From NCBI GenBank assembly GCA_964453075.1, contig CAYVNM010000002.1:4279-68278 (forward strand): 64,000 nt of DNA, read 5' to 3'. The position numbers and the translations under genes are program-made. The notes below the pieces were generated by a model that saw only the letters and a program-made list of their open reading frames with translations, had not been told where the DNA came from and searched no databases. Numbering within the stretch: position 1 is the stretch's first letter; each line of letters starts with the position of its first letter. This DNA is from an uncultured Candidatus Saccharibacteria bacterium (GTDB lineage Bacteria > Patescibacteriota > Minisyncoccia > Phycocordibacterales > DATDWN01). Below, piece by piece: positions 51,203-60,810 of the stretch.

Positions 51203-51394
51203 TTACTTTTGTTTCAAGGCATTAACTTCTCTCTCTAGATCCTCTAGTCTTTCGTGATCAGATTTATGATGGATGAGAGCTTTTTGTATGAATGGCCAAA
51301 TAAGAAGACCTATAATAACATCAAATATAATAATGAGCATAAGCTCAAAATACCAGTGAGCCGGATCTTTAACTAGATGTAGAAATTCCTCCAT
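51203..51394 (-). CDS. Small single-TM coiled-coil protein
   Basis: Hydrophobic stretch plus heptads; ATG 6 nt after TATTAT. Confidence 0.65.
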   Translation of the reverse strand: MEEFLHLVKDPAHWYFELMLIIIFDVIIGLLIWPFIQKALIHHKSDHERLEDLEREVNALKQK

Positions 51395-51527
51395 GCAAAC
51401 ATAATAATACTTTTGAGAGTTTTATACAAAAATCCAATGGTTGCCTTTTGGTTTTGTATATACTTACCCGTCAACCCACTGATGGACAGAAAAAAGTTTA
51501 GAATAAACAAGAAGAACTACGTGATAT

Positions 51528-51878
51528 TTACGTAGTTCTCTTTGAGAAATGTACCAGGTGTTCAAGAAGCAGTGAAAGTCTTACGGGCACACCCGCAGCG
51601 TCAGCGATACCTGCAAGGTATCTGAGCTCGTCACCTGTAAGCGTTTGATCCGGCGCCAGAACTCGCTTCCCCAACTTTGAAAGAAAAGCCAGGCGATCGA
51701 CTGGAACGCCAAGAACCTCAGCAACGTGCTCTAGGCGTTTCTTCGGTATGGGGCGCGTACCGTTCAGTACCTGCTCGTACATGAACGCAGAGAAACCAAG
51801 TAGTTTACCAAACTCTCCCTTAGTCTCACCGCGCTCAACTCTTTTTGCCTCAAGTAACTTCTCAATCTCACTCTTCAT
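51528..51878 (-). CDS. XRE-family HTH protein (cassette-like unit)
   Basis: RGETKGEFGKLLGFS...VLNGTRPIP..LEHVAEVLGV; TTGACA promoter, AGGAGG. Confidence 0.8.
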   Translation of the reverse strand: MKSEIEKLLEAKRVERGETKGEFGKLLGFSAFMYEQVLNGTRPIPKKRLEHVAEVLGVPVDRLAFLSKLGKRVLAPDQTLTGDELRYLAGIADAAGVPVRLSLLLEHLVHFSKRTT

Positions 51879-51963
51879 TGTTAGAACCCTCCTGCTCAAA
51901 AACTACCACAGCGACAAAAGCTGTCAAATTTTATGAGAACTTTTGAATAACCTCAAAATAAGC

Positions 51964-52094
51964 TAAAAAAGTTTTCACAATTTGAATGAAACCCGAGGCG
52001 GACAAGAAAAATGACCCGAGCCGTACTGTCGTACGGTGAAGGGTCATTTTTTCGTAGTCCAACAAAGGAGTTCGTCAAATTTGGAAACTTTTTA
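51964..52094 (+). repeat. Nested palindromic element (family A) at rpsG stop
   Basis: Central GAGCCGTAC-TGTC-GTACGGTGA; TA at both ends, overlapping TAA. Confidence 0.85.
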
Positions 52095-52562
52095 CCAAGC
52101 AAAATGGGCAAAAGCTTTATTAGCCTCCGCCATCTTATGCGTATCCTCTCTCTTCTTAACTGCCTTACCTTCGTTTTTTGAAGCTAGTATTATTTCGTCA
52201 GCAAGTCTCTCTGCCATAGGAGCACCCTTTCCCTCTCTGGCTGCATCAATAATCCATTTCATTGATAGAAAAGATCGTCTTTCTGGTCTTACTTCCCTTG
52301 GGATTTGGTAGTTAGCACCACCAACGCGTCTACTTCTTACTTCTGTTAGAGGTCCTGTGTTTTTCAAAGCTGTATCAAACACCTCCATAACATCCTCTAC
52401 TTTGGCCTTTTCTTTGACTGCCTCTAGTGCCTCATAAACAATTTTCTGAGCTGTAGCTTTTTGACCACGCAACATAACGTAGTTGATAAATTTACCAATT
52501 TTTTCTGAACCATATTCATGGTCTTTGCCTACTATATTTCTGTTTGTAACTTTTCTTCGCAT
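52092..52562 (-). CDS. rpsG: 30S ribosomal protein S7
   Basis: SRRVGGANYQIP, MAEANKAFAH. Confidence 0.97.
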   Translation of the reverse strand: MRRKVTNRNIVGKDHEYGSEKIGKFINYVMLRGQKATAQKIVYEALEAVKEKAKVEDVMEVFDTALKNTGPLTEVRSRRVGGANYQIPREVRPERRSFLSMKWIIDAAREGKGAPMAERLADEIILASKNEGKAVKKREDTHKMAEANKAFAHFAW

Positions 52563-52575
52563 GATTTATTTAAAA

Positions 52576-52989
52576 TTATTTACCCTTTGGTTTCTTTACT
52601 CCGTATCTTGAGCGACCCTTTGCTCTCTTCTCTACTCCTGTTGCATCAAGCATGCCTCGTACTATTGTATATCTAACACCTACGTCCTTTACCTTTCCAC
52701 CTCTGAGCAATACCACTGAGTGCTCCTGTAAGTTATGGCCCATTCCTGGAATATATGCTGTTACTTCAAGACCGTTTGTTAGACGAACTCTGGCGATTTT
52801 ACGAATAGCTGAGTTTGGTTTCTTTGGAGTCTTGGTTGTAACTTTTGTACAAACACCTCTTTTGAAAGAAGATGGGTAATAAACCGGTCTGTTTGTAAGA
52901 GTATTGAATCCACGAGTTAAAGCAACGGCCTTTGGTTTTGGTCGAGGTTTGAATCTCTTTCTCTTAATTAATTGATTGATTGTTGACAT
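52576..52989 (-). CDS. rpsL: 30S ribosomal protein S12
   Basis: [21 protein letters not shown]; start ATG 52989. Confidence 0.97.
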   Translation of the reverse strand: MSTINQLIKRKRFKPRPKPKAVALTRGFNTLTNRPVYYPSSFKRGVCTKVTTKTPKKPNSAIRKIARVRLTNGLEVTAYIPGMGHNLQEHSVVLLRGGKVKDVGVRYTIVRGMLDATGVEKRAKGRSRYGVKKPKGK

Positions 52990-53032
52990 TGCAGGGTTTA
53001 CTCTAATATATCTAGTTAAAAAACGCAAGTAG

Positions 53033-53647
53033 TTAAGCCGTAATCCCTGTGATGAGAGAAAATTCCCAGAATACTAGAGGCAGAAGAAACTTCCACAGGA
53101 AAAATATAAAGAATATCAATATAAATGTGCCGTTTTCCTCTAGAAAATCACGGACATTCTGCATGTGGTATGGCAAAAATGAGAATAATATTTTTGAGCC
53201 ATCCAAGGGTGGAATGGGAATAAGATTAAATGTTGCTAAAACCAGGTTTATTAGAACTATTATGAAAGAAATGTGCGTAAAAGCCTCTCCAAACTGGGCT
53301 GATATGCCAAAACGCATAATCAAACCAAAAAACAATGCTATACATATATTAGATAGTGGTCCTGCGACCGCAACTATAGCCTCGCCCCATTTTTGGTTTC
53401 TAAGGTTATATGGGTTAAAAGGAACTGGCTTTGCCCAGCCAATTATAAACCCCCCAAGAAAATAGGACATGGCTGGAAGTAAAAAGGATCCAAACCATTC
53501 TAAGTGTTTCAGAGGATTAAGAGTTAAACGCCCTTGAAATCTAGCCGTATTATCACCCTGTAGGTAGGCAGCATACCCGTGCGAAACTTCATGGATAACC
53601 ACAGAAAATATCAATATTATTATGGAAAATATGAAATCTATTTGCAT
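53033..53647 (-). CDS. Site-2 protease (M50)
   Basis: [21 protein letters not shown]. Confidence 0.93.
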   Translation of the reverse strand: MQIDFIFSIIILIFSVVIHEVSHGYAAYLQGDNTARFQGRLTLNPLKHLEWFGSFLLPAMSYFLGGFIIGWAKPVPFNPYNLRNQKWGEAIVAVAGPLSNICIALFFGLIMRFGISAQFGEAFTHISFIIVLINLVLATFNLIPIPPLDGSKILFSFLPYHMQNVRDFLEENGTFILIFFIFFLWKFLLPLVFWEFSLITGITA

Positions 53648-53679
53648 TTTGTATTTTATATGATAGCATAATCCAACGT

Positions 53680-53922
53680 ATGGCTAAAGCATGTCCAATA
53701 ACTAATAAGAGTTCTCAACTATCTGGTGGTTATTCAAACCGTACCCGTGCAACACAATTTAACCCAACAGGTATAAAGAGAAAATATGCAAACCTTCAAA
53801 AAAAGAGGGTTTACATTCCTGAACTCAAAAAAACAGTTAGCTTGACCCTTTCTGCTCGAGCAATCAAGACTATTCAAAAAAATGGCGCATTTGCCACTCT
53901 CAAGAAAGCCGGATTAATTTAA
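53680..53922 (+). CDS. rpmB: 50S ribosomal protein L28
   Basis: MAKACPIT.K, ANLQKK, LSARAIKT. Confidence 0.88.
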   Translation: MAKACPITNKSSQLSGGYSNRTRATQFNPTGIKRKYANLQKKRVYIPELKKTVSLTLSARAIKTIQKNGAFATLKKAGLI

Positions 53923-54010
53923 TCCTGAAATTACTTTAAATAACAACGAGCGGCCGGTCTCTACACGATAGATCCCGGCCGTTATGATATGCGCCATATG
54001 ATACTCTCCC

Positions 54011-54193
54011 TCACGATGCAGCTCGGTTTTTGTCTGGCGTTTCCTGTTCCCGCCAAACAACACGCCCACACTCTGGACAAGCCCATTTCTCCATGACCGG
54101 CCCAATACCAGTCAAGAAAGGTACGGGTTTGCCGTTGCGATCGAGCACACGCTCGAACTCCACATCACACTTTATGCAAGTTTTCTTGTCCAT
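54011..54193 (-). CDS. 60-aa zinc-ribbon orphan (cassette-like unit)
   Basis: CIKC...CPECG; AGGAGG SD, TGTATAAT. Confidence 0.7.
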   Translation of the reverse strand: MDKKTCIKCDVEFERVLDRNGKPVPFLTGIGPVMEKWACPECGRVVWREQETPDKNRAAS

Positions 54194-54241
54194 GGCACAC
54201 CTCCTCTCCTAAAATAATTATACATTAAATAACAAACAGCT

Positions 54242-54490
54242 TCACCTTTTGGGCGAAGCTGTTCTAAGAAAAGAAAGATCGACGGACGAGACCTGCTCCT
54301 CCACAACGACTTCCACGAGATTGAAGTTTGAACACTCTTCTGGATTCGGGAGACTATCGATGTGGCGCCGAACTACCGCCTCCATCAATCTTTCTGAGTT
54401 AGCCTTGAACTCAAACTTCCCCACGACAAACTTCAGTGGAGAAAGAGAGTGAGCAGTCCTAACCCAAGTAAGTCTGTACTTATGAACCAT
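54242..54490 (-). CDS. 82-aa orphan (cassette-like unit)
   Basis: GGAGGT SD, TTGTTA-17-TAGAGT, GC-richer than flanks. Confidence 0.6.
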   Translation of the reverse strand: MVHKYRLTWVRTAHSLSPLKFVVGKFEFKANSERLMEAVVRRHIDSLPNPEECSNFNLVEVVVEEQVSSVDLSFLRTASPKR

Positions 54491-54542
54491 ATAACACCTC
54501 CAGATGGAACTCTACCAAAAACTTATTCTTATAACAACAATA

Positions 54543-55448
54543 TTATTTACACCCACTCGTTGGCTCTCTCACTTTTTTATTTTTCAATATAAATTCTTTT
54601 CCATCTGATTCAAAATTTATTTGACCTATATTACATGTAACGAGAGTTTTTAATTTTTGTTTATCCAATATTTCTAGAACCTCTTTGTTTGGGTGACCAT
54701 ACATATTATTTGTCCCGGCTGATATGACCACCCACTCTGGAGAAACGGCTTTTACATATTCGTCACTTGAAGATGTTTTGGAACCATGATGTCCCGCCTT
54801 TAGAATAGAACTTGTTAGTTTCTCCGCGCCCAAACCTAAAAGATAGTGCTCTATATTAGACGTGGAATCCCCTTGGAGCAAAACACTCGTCTCGCCATAA
54901 ACAAGTTTCATTACTATGGAACCATCATTTGGAGAAAGCCCCGAGACATCACGGTCCGGAAAAAATATTTCCAAATACACTCCCCCACCCAAGTCTATTA
55001 TCTGACCGCGTCTCGCTATTATTTTTGGAATCTTTTTATCCTTAATTTCGTTTTCCAAAACTCCATATACACTATTTTTATTCGTTGTTCCCGGTTCAAG
55101 CACCACATCAGTTTTAAATCTTTTTAAAAGACCGATGAATCCTTCATAGTGATCTTTGTCTGGGTTTGTAACCACAAGCATATCTATATGCTTGTCGTAC
55201 CAAGGTAAAACTTTAGAAATTTCTTTCATCAAATTGTTGTTTGGACCTCCGTCTACCAAAACCTGCATACCAGTTGGCGACTCTATAAAAATAGAGTCTC
55301 CCTGACCTATATCAAGAAAACTCACGGTCAAAATACCGTCACGATCTTCACGAATTACTACAAACCACAATGTTAAACTAACTAAAAGGAGGATTCCGAG
55401 CACATACCACCTCAAATGGGCACGAATATGAGATAGAATCCTTAACAT
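54543..55448 (-). CDS. ComEC-type MBL nuclease domain, stand-alone
   Basis: DIGQGDS, DGG, TNPDKDH, GHHGS, YGHP. Confidence 0.88.
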   Translation of the reverse strand: MLRILSHIRAHLRWYVLGILLLVSLTLWFVVIREDRDGILTVSFLDIGQGDSIFIESPTGMQVLVDGGPNNNLMKEISKVLPWYDKHIDMLVVTNPDKDHYEGFIGLLKRFKTDVVLEPGTTNKNSVYGVLENEIKDKKIPKIIARRGQIIDLGGGVYLEIFFPDRDVSGLSPNDGSIVMKLVYGETSVLLQGDSTSNIEHYLLGLGAEKLTSSILKAGHHGSKTSSSDEYVKAVSPEWVVISAGTNNMYGHPNKEVLEILDKQKLKTLVTCNIGQINFESDGKEFILKNKKVREPTSGCK

Positions 55449-55491
55449 ATGATATATTATACACACAAATTAAGAGCCAAAATATAAAAAC

Positions 55492-56085
55492 ATGAAACCA
55501 TTTGAAGAGAAAAAATTTAATATTGGTGAACTAAAAGGAATATCGGCCAAAACAATTGAGGAGCATTTGAAGCTTTATTCTGGATATGTAAAAAACTTAA
55601 ACAACATCTTTACACAAATCGGCGAACTAATGTCTGACCCAACTAAAAACGCATTTCTTATAGGAGAACTACATCGACGCACTGGCTTTGAATTCAATGG
55701 TATGAGAAATCATGAAGTTTACTTTGATTTACTTGAGGGAGGTTCTCACCCACTTCCAGAAAATTCTAAATTTAAAAAACAAATGGAAACCCAGGCGCCG
55801 TCTGTTGAAGCGGCGATGGGAGGATTTAAAACTCTTGCAATGACTCGTGGTATCGGCTGGGCAATACTTTACTGGGACAAAGAGTCAGGACAACTCATTG
55901 CAACATGGGTTGATGAACAACACCTAGGACAACTTCAAGGATGCACACCAATCATCGCTCTAGACATGTGGGAACACTCATACGTTGCCGACTACCAACC
56001 AAGTGGAAAGAAACAATACGTAGAAGACTTCTTCAGCAATTTAAACTGGTCAAAAGTGGAGAAAAACTTTTTAAGTGCTATTTAA
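55492..56085 (+). CDS. Fe/Mn superoxide dismutase family
   Basis: EEH, NHEVYF, G.GW, DMWEHSY. Confidence 0.88.
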   Translation: MKPFEEKKFNIGELKGISAKTIEEHLKLYSGYVKNLNNIFTQIGELMSDPTKNAFLIGELHRRTGFEFNGMRNHEVYFDLLEGGSHPLPENSKFKKQMETQAPSVEAAMGGFKTLAMTRGIGWAILYWDKESGQLIATWVDEQHLGQLQGCTPIIALDMWEHSYVADYQPSGKKQYVEDFFSNLNWSKVEKNFLSAI

Positions 56086-56087
56086 TA

Positions 56088-56303
56088 CTAGTTAGATTTT
56101 CTCCTAAAAAATAAATACAAAATCAAAACAACAATCAATATTATGGGTAAAATAATACCCGAAAGCTCCTTATCAAAAAGATAATTTAACAGGCCAGCTC
56201 CATTCCCTCCAAAACTCCCTCCCAAAAACCTCAAAATCCAATCTATTAGTAAAACAAGTACAATAAATATTACGAATAAAATTATTTTAGTTTTTTTGGT
56301 CAT
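56088..56303 (-). CDS. Small two-TM protein
   Basis: Overlaps the comEC stop; two hydrophobic segments. Confidence 0.6.
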   Translation of the reverse strand: MTKKTKIILFVIFIVLVLLIDWILRFLGGSFGGNGAGLLNYLFDKELSGIILPIILIVVLILYLFFRRKSN

Positions 56304-57759
56304 GTAAATATTTTAACATGAAAATAATAGCTAAATAAACCATAATTAAAACCCCAAAAGAAAATGCTGGTAGATTTAGTGCACCAAACGGAATACTTGC
56401 TCCGATGTGAACTATTGTGAGCTGATACCACAAAAGAATGTAGGTAAAAAATGCCGGAATAAAAGAAAGATAAATAGAGAATAGTCCCAAAACACCCGTT
56501 ATAAATCCCAAAGACATTGTGAGTGGTATGGTACCCAAAATCAAAACGTTTACAGGTAGAGAAACCAGAGAAAGTACGCCCATATTGTAAATAAGGTATG
56601 GCAAAACTGTAATCTGGGTAGCTATGGTAGAAGAAACTATTTCTTGTAAGCCAAACCTTTCTGTTATCCAAGATAAATACGGGGTTATTTGGGGAGTAAC
56701 AAAAATCAATCCAATAGTGGCCAAGACAGAAAGTTGGAAAGAAGGATCAAAAGCAAGCAAAAGCGGATTCGGAGCGAGCATCAAGACAATAGTAAAACCA
56801 AAGACTCTGCTGGCTTTGTAATCCCTATTAAATTTTTTGGCAAACAAGGCAACCAAAACCATGATGGCTGCCCTCCAGGCACTAGCCCCTCCCCCAGAAA
56901 GAATAGTAAACAAAATTATACTAACAGCTCCAAAACCAAAGGACATATTCTTTGGTAAAAATTTAAAAATCGCCATTATACTACTAGCCACAATAGCAAT
57001 GTTGTAACCAGACAAAACAACAATATGAGAGACTCCTGTTTTTTGAAATTCTGTAAGTAGTTCTTTACCCAAACTTTGTTTCGTACCAAGGAGAAGCCCC
57101 GCAAGCAGACTAGACTCCGGCTCTGATAGTGCGTCATGGATAGAATCGGTGAATTTTCTTTTTGTTTTGAAAAGAAGTGTTTTAACAAAACTTCCGTGAC
57201 CACTTGATACAAACTCCACATTTGTAAAGCGACTTGTATACCACACACCTCGCACACGAAGATACCCCTTATAGTCAAAAACTCTTCCATTGGTTTCAAA
57301 TTCCCCTGGCTCCTCTAGCACAACTTTCGCCCTGACCTTATCTCCGTAAGAAAACTCTGGATATATTGGAACTGTTACTAATATTTTTTCTCGAACAGAA
57401 ACAGTTGTCGTACCGTTCACTACACTTCTTACCCCGATAGTTAATTTGGTATTAGTTTCTCTAACATCTGGTTCACCGACAATTATTCCTTCTATATTTA
57501 TTTGCTTTCCAACGTATTTATCTAACTGAGAATCGGTATACAAATCAGAAACCATAATTCTTCCAACACCACACAAAACTCCAAGCACAATAAATAAAAT
57601 TATATTTAAAACCTTGCGACTATTTTCATCTACAAAATACCTGTATATAAAAAACAGTAGAACCAAACAAATCAAAGCAACAAAAAATCCGACGTTAATC
57701 GGAAAAATTGAACCCAGTGTTATGCCCCCTATGAATCCTAAGACCAGGGAGATCACCAT
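56287..57759 (-). CDS. comEC: ComEC DNA-uptake channel (OB and Competence domains, no MBL domain)
   Basis: FDY..YL, GVSHIVVLSGYN, RAAIM, SFQLS. Confidence 0.92.
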   Translation of the reverse strand: MVISLVLGFIGGITLGSIFPINVGFFVALICLVLLFFIYRYFVDENSRKVLNIILFIVLGVLCGVGRIMVSDLYTDSQLDKYVGKQINIEGIIVGEPDVRETNTKLTIGVRSVVNGTTTVSVREKILVTVPIYPEFSYGDKVRAKVVLEEPGEFETNGRVFDYKGYLRVRGVWYTSRFTNVEFVSSGHGSFVKTLLFKTKRKFTDSIHDALSEPESSLLAGLLLGTKQSLGKELLTEFQKTGVSHIVVLSGYNIAIVASSIMAIFKFLPKNMSFGFGAVSIILFTILSGGGASAWRAAIMVLVALFAKKFNRDYKASRVFGFTIVLMLAPNPLLLAFDPSFQLSVLATIGLIFVTPQITPYLSWITERFGLQEIVSSTIATQITVLPYLIYNMGVLSLVSLPVNVLILGTIPLTMSLGFITGVLGLFSIYLSFIPAFFTYILLWYQLTIVHIGASIPFGALNLPAFSFGVLIMVYLAIIFMLKYLHDQKN

Positions 57760-57760
57760 A

Positions 57761-58435
57761 TTATTCCGTAAATTCTTTTATTATTTCTTCCTCATCAGCA
57801 GGAGAAGTAGATTTTTTATAACGGGCCCCAGAAACCCCATTTACCCGTGCTTTGCAGTCATCCCAAGTTTTATGAACTTTTATCTCCCCATCTACCATAC
57901 TTATATAAGAATAGGCTTTGCTTTTACTTTTTGTCTTACTCTTTGAATCTTTTGATTGTTTAATAGAAACATCAATTCCGTATCTTTCTTTAGATCCGTT
58001 ATACAAAACAACAGGTGCCCTGTCAGCAAAAGAAGTAGCGATTACGTCACACCTTTCGTTCCCTGCCGTGCCAGAATGCCCTTTTATTAATTTCCAATCA
58101 ATTATTTTGTGAGAAGTTAATTCAATTAATCTCTCCCACAAATCCTTATTTAAAACATCCTCCTTTTGTGATGTTTTCCATTTGTTTTTCTTCCAACCTT
58201 TGACCCAACGGGTTGCACCATTCAGAACATAAGCTGAATCAGTATATATGGTCATCTCCCTCTCAGACAAAACCGACTCCAAGGCAGATATAACAGCTGT
58301 GAGTTCCATGCGGTTGTTTGTCGTATGATCTTCTCTACCACCAAGTTCCATGGCTGAATCGTCAGTAATAACAATAGCACCCCATCCGCCAGGACCAGGA
58401 TTGCCTCTCGCGCTACCATCTGTAAAAATAATCAT
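57761..58435 (-). CDS. rnhA: Ribonuclease HI with C-terminal hybrid-binding-like domain
   Basis: TDGSARGNPGPGG, TNNRMEL, KGHSG..NE..D; C-terminal TWDDCKARVNG..ARYKK. Confidence 0.92.
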   Translation of the reverse strand: MIIFTDGSARGNPGPGGWGAIVITDDSAMELGGREDHTTNNRMELTAVISALESVLSEREMTIYTDSAYVLNGATRWVKGWKKNKWKTSQKEDVLNKDLWERLIELTSHKIIDWKLIKGHSGTAGNERCDVIATSFADRAPVVLYNGSKERYGIDVSIKQSKDSKSKTKSKSKAYSYISMVDGEIKVHKTWDDCKARVNGVSGARYKKSTSPADEEEIIKEFTE

Positions 58436-58468
58436 TCATTGATTATACCAAATAACTTTTTATATACG

Positions 58469-58768
58469 AAAAACGGCGCCCTCTTTCGAGAACGCCGTGG
58501 AAGTATGGGGGTTGGTTTACGGCTGTATCCCCCGGGGTCGCCAGCCCTTAGCCTACGTGTGCGCCGGGTCTTCCAGCCCAACGACTGAATCTACCACGGT
58601 GGCATTATATTTTAACTCTTAGAAAGATCTTTGAATCCGGACATTTCGCTTATAAGCTGGCTGTTCCGGCAGGCCAAGGAGACTTGAGCCCTGATTCTCC
58701 CAACAGGTCATATTTCTGGCCTTATTTCTGCGACACCCCTTTCGGTTTGTCTTTCGGTTTATTTATCT
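58469..58768 (-). ncRNA. Candidate structured non-coding RNA (about 300 nt)
   Basis: TTGACA-17-TATACT promoter, GC-rich multi-stem body, GAAA-capped terminator, no ORF over 30 aa found on the transcribed strand. Confidence 0.5.
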
Positions 58769-58807
58769 TGTATAAGTATATCACAGTACTATATTTCTGT
58801 CAAGCGA

Positions 58808-60535
58808 TTAAAATATGTCCACTATTCGGAGGCGGAGTTCTGGGAAATTACGAAATTGTGACTTTTCGAGAGTAGCAACTAAATTTATACTGTCCCCCAC
58901 ACCGAGAGGCACCATAAATTTGTCTGGTGTTGAAAAAAAAGCGATAGCTGTGACATCAGATCCTTTTGAGTTTCGGAATTTTAATTCCAAATGATTTTGT
59001 TCTTTGCCAAAAAGTTTTACGTTACTTATTTTTATATTTTCAAAAAGAAAAAGTGGTTTTGGATTATCTAAACCAAAAGGAGCAAATTTCTCTATTAGTC
59101 TATATGTATCCCAACTGACTTCATCCAAGGATAACTTTTTATCTACCAGGATATCTTCTATTAATTTATTCTCCTTCACCATTTCTAAAAAAGCTTCGTT
59201 CAACCTGTCCTCAAGTGTATGAATGTTTTCCTGCATAACAGAAAATCCACCTGCACCTTTGTGTCCACCATAGTCCACAAAAACATCTTTGACCTTTTCC
59301 ATGAGACAAACAACATCTGTGTCTCCACCGGCGCGACACGAACCTTTTATGATTGTACTTCCATTACTCCCTTCCCTTCCCCAGAAAAAAACTGGACGAT
59401 TGTGCTCATCAGAGAAACTGTTTGCAACGAGTCCTAAGAGACTAGGCTTCCATTCTGGATTTCCAAAAACTAAAACATTTTTCATTGTATCTCCTCTTTC
59501 TTCAATTCTTTTTTTTATCTCTTTGACCATACTTCCCACCAAACCTTTTCTCTCATCATTTTTATTATTCAAATGCTCAGCCAAAACTCCGGCTGACACT
59601 TCATCCGTAGTAGACATCAGAGAAAACGCGTCATGAGGAATACCCATTCTAGATGCTGCATTGATACGAGGGGTGATCATGAAAGCAATGTCATCCTCTG
59701 TTGCTGTTTGTTGGTTTATTTTAAGTAATGAAAAAAGTTTCTGCAGTCCAACTCGTGGACTTTTCTGCAAAACTTTTAATCCGTAAAAAGACAGGACTCT
59801 GTTCTCCCCAACGAGCGGTACCATATCAGAAAGAGTAGCGAGCCCCACCATATCGAGTAACCATTTTTCCTGACCTTCCTTCCAATTAAATTTTTCTGCA
59901 AAGTTTTTGGATTTTATTATTGCTTGTACAACTTTAAAAATAACCCCAGCACCACATAACATTTTTTCTGGATAATCACATCCTTTTTGTTTTGGATTTA
60001 TTATGGCAAATGCTTTTGGTAATTTTTTTCCGGGAATATGATGATCGGTGATTATAACATCAATACCAAAACTATTGGCCAGATCAACTTGTGTAACATC
60101 AGTAATTCCACAATCAATAGTAATGATTAGTTTCACATTTTGAGAATTTAAATTCTCTATCGCTTCGTCATTCAAACCAAAACCCTCTTCGTTACGTAGC
60201 GGAATATAATTTACAAAATTATTGAAATTTATTTTTTTAAAGAAGTCGTGCAAAACAACAGCACCTGGAATTCCATCTGCATCATAATCACTATATATTC
60301 CAATTTTTTCATTTTCATTTATTGCCTTCAAGATTCTATTCACAACTTTTTTCATGTCCTTCAAAAGATAAGGGTCGTGAAGATGTAACAAATAATCAGG
60401 GTTGAGAAACTGTTCAGAACTCTCTATATCACTTATTCCCCGAGCACATAACATAGACCTTACAAGCGGATGATAAGGTTTCAAAGCCTCATCAACGTTC
60501 TGTGTAACAGGATTTCGTAAGGCATATTTTTTCAT
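58808..60535 (-). CDS. recJ: Single-stranded DNA exonuclease RecJ
   Basis: DYDADG, TIDCG, TDHH, PRINA, GGH. Confidence 0.95.
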   Translation of the reverse strand: MKKYALRNPVTQNVDEALKPYHPLVRSMLCARGISDIESSEQFLNPDYLLHLHDPYLLKDMKKVVNRILKAINENEKIGIYSDYDADGIPGAVVLHDFFKKINFNNFVNYIPLRNEEGFGLNDEAIENLNSQNVKLIITIDCGITDVTQVDLANSFGIDVIITDHHIPGKKLPKAFAIINPKQKGCDYPEKMLCGAGVIFKVVQAIIKSKNFAEKFNWKEGQEKWLLDMVGLATLSDMVPLVGENRVLSFYGLKVLQKSPRVGLQKLFSLLKINQQTATEDDIAFMITPRINAASRMGIPHDAFSLMSTTDEVSAGVLAEHLNNKNDERKGLVGSMVKEIKKRIEERGDTMKNVLVFGNPEWKPSLLGLVANSFSDEHNRPVFFWGREGSNGSTIIKGSCRAGGDTDVVCLMEKVKDVFVDYGGHKGAGGFSVMQENIHTLEDRLNEAFLEMVKENKLIEDILVDKKLSLDEVSWDTYRLIEKFAPFGLDNPKPLFLFENIKISNVKLFGKEQNHLELKFRNSKGSDVTAIAFFSTPDKFMVPLGVGDSINLVATLEKSQFRNFPELRLRIVDIF

Positions 60536-60642
60536 CCCGTTAGAGATAGGTCTCGCCATAGTTCGTACAATGATTACTACCGAAATTAATTTATAATATT
60601 ATAATTACCACTTTGTTATTTCCCGTGAATCTCTAACGGGAT
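60534..60642. repeat. CCCGTTAG/CTAACGGG element (family C) at recJ start
   Basis: Perfect 14-bp IR ATCCCGTTAGAGAT. Confidence 0.85.
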
Positions 60643-60712
60643 TCATTTCATTAGTGTAACACACTAATATAGACATAAATAACAACAAATATGATAAAAT
60701 ATTGTCTATGGA

Positions 60713-60810
60713 TCCCGTTAGAAGTCTCAGTGACTCTGATCACGGATTGCAACTTTTATAAACATTTTAATTCAATATTATGTTAACAAACACTGATACT
60801 TCTAACGGGA
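60713..60810. repeat. CCCGTTAG/CTAACGGG element (family C) in HIT gene 5' end
   Basis: 19/20-bp IR TCCCGTTAGAAGTCTCAGTG / CACTGATACTTCTAACGGGA. Confidence 0.85.

Noticed and set aside
52018-52039. Group II intron domain V look-alike (GAGCCGTA...GTACGGT)
   Set aside because: Too short, no AC bulge or domain VI, no RT, embedded in a palindrome
58700-58760. c-di-GMP-I riboswitch or HDV-like fold in the candidate ncRNA
   Set aside because: Only superficial CAAACC-GAAAG similarity; conserved junctions absent and P1.1/J4-2 do not fit
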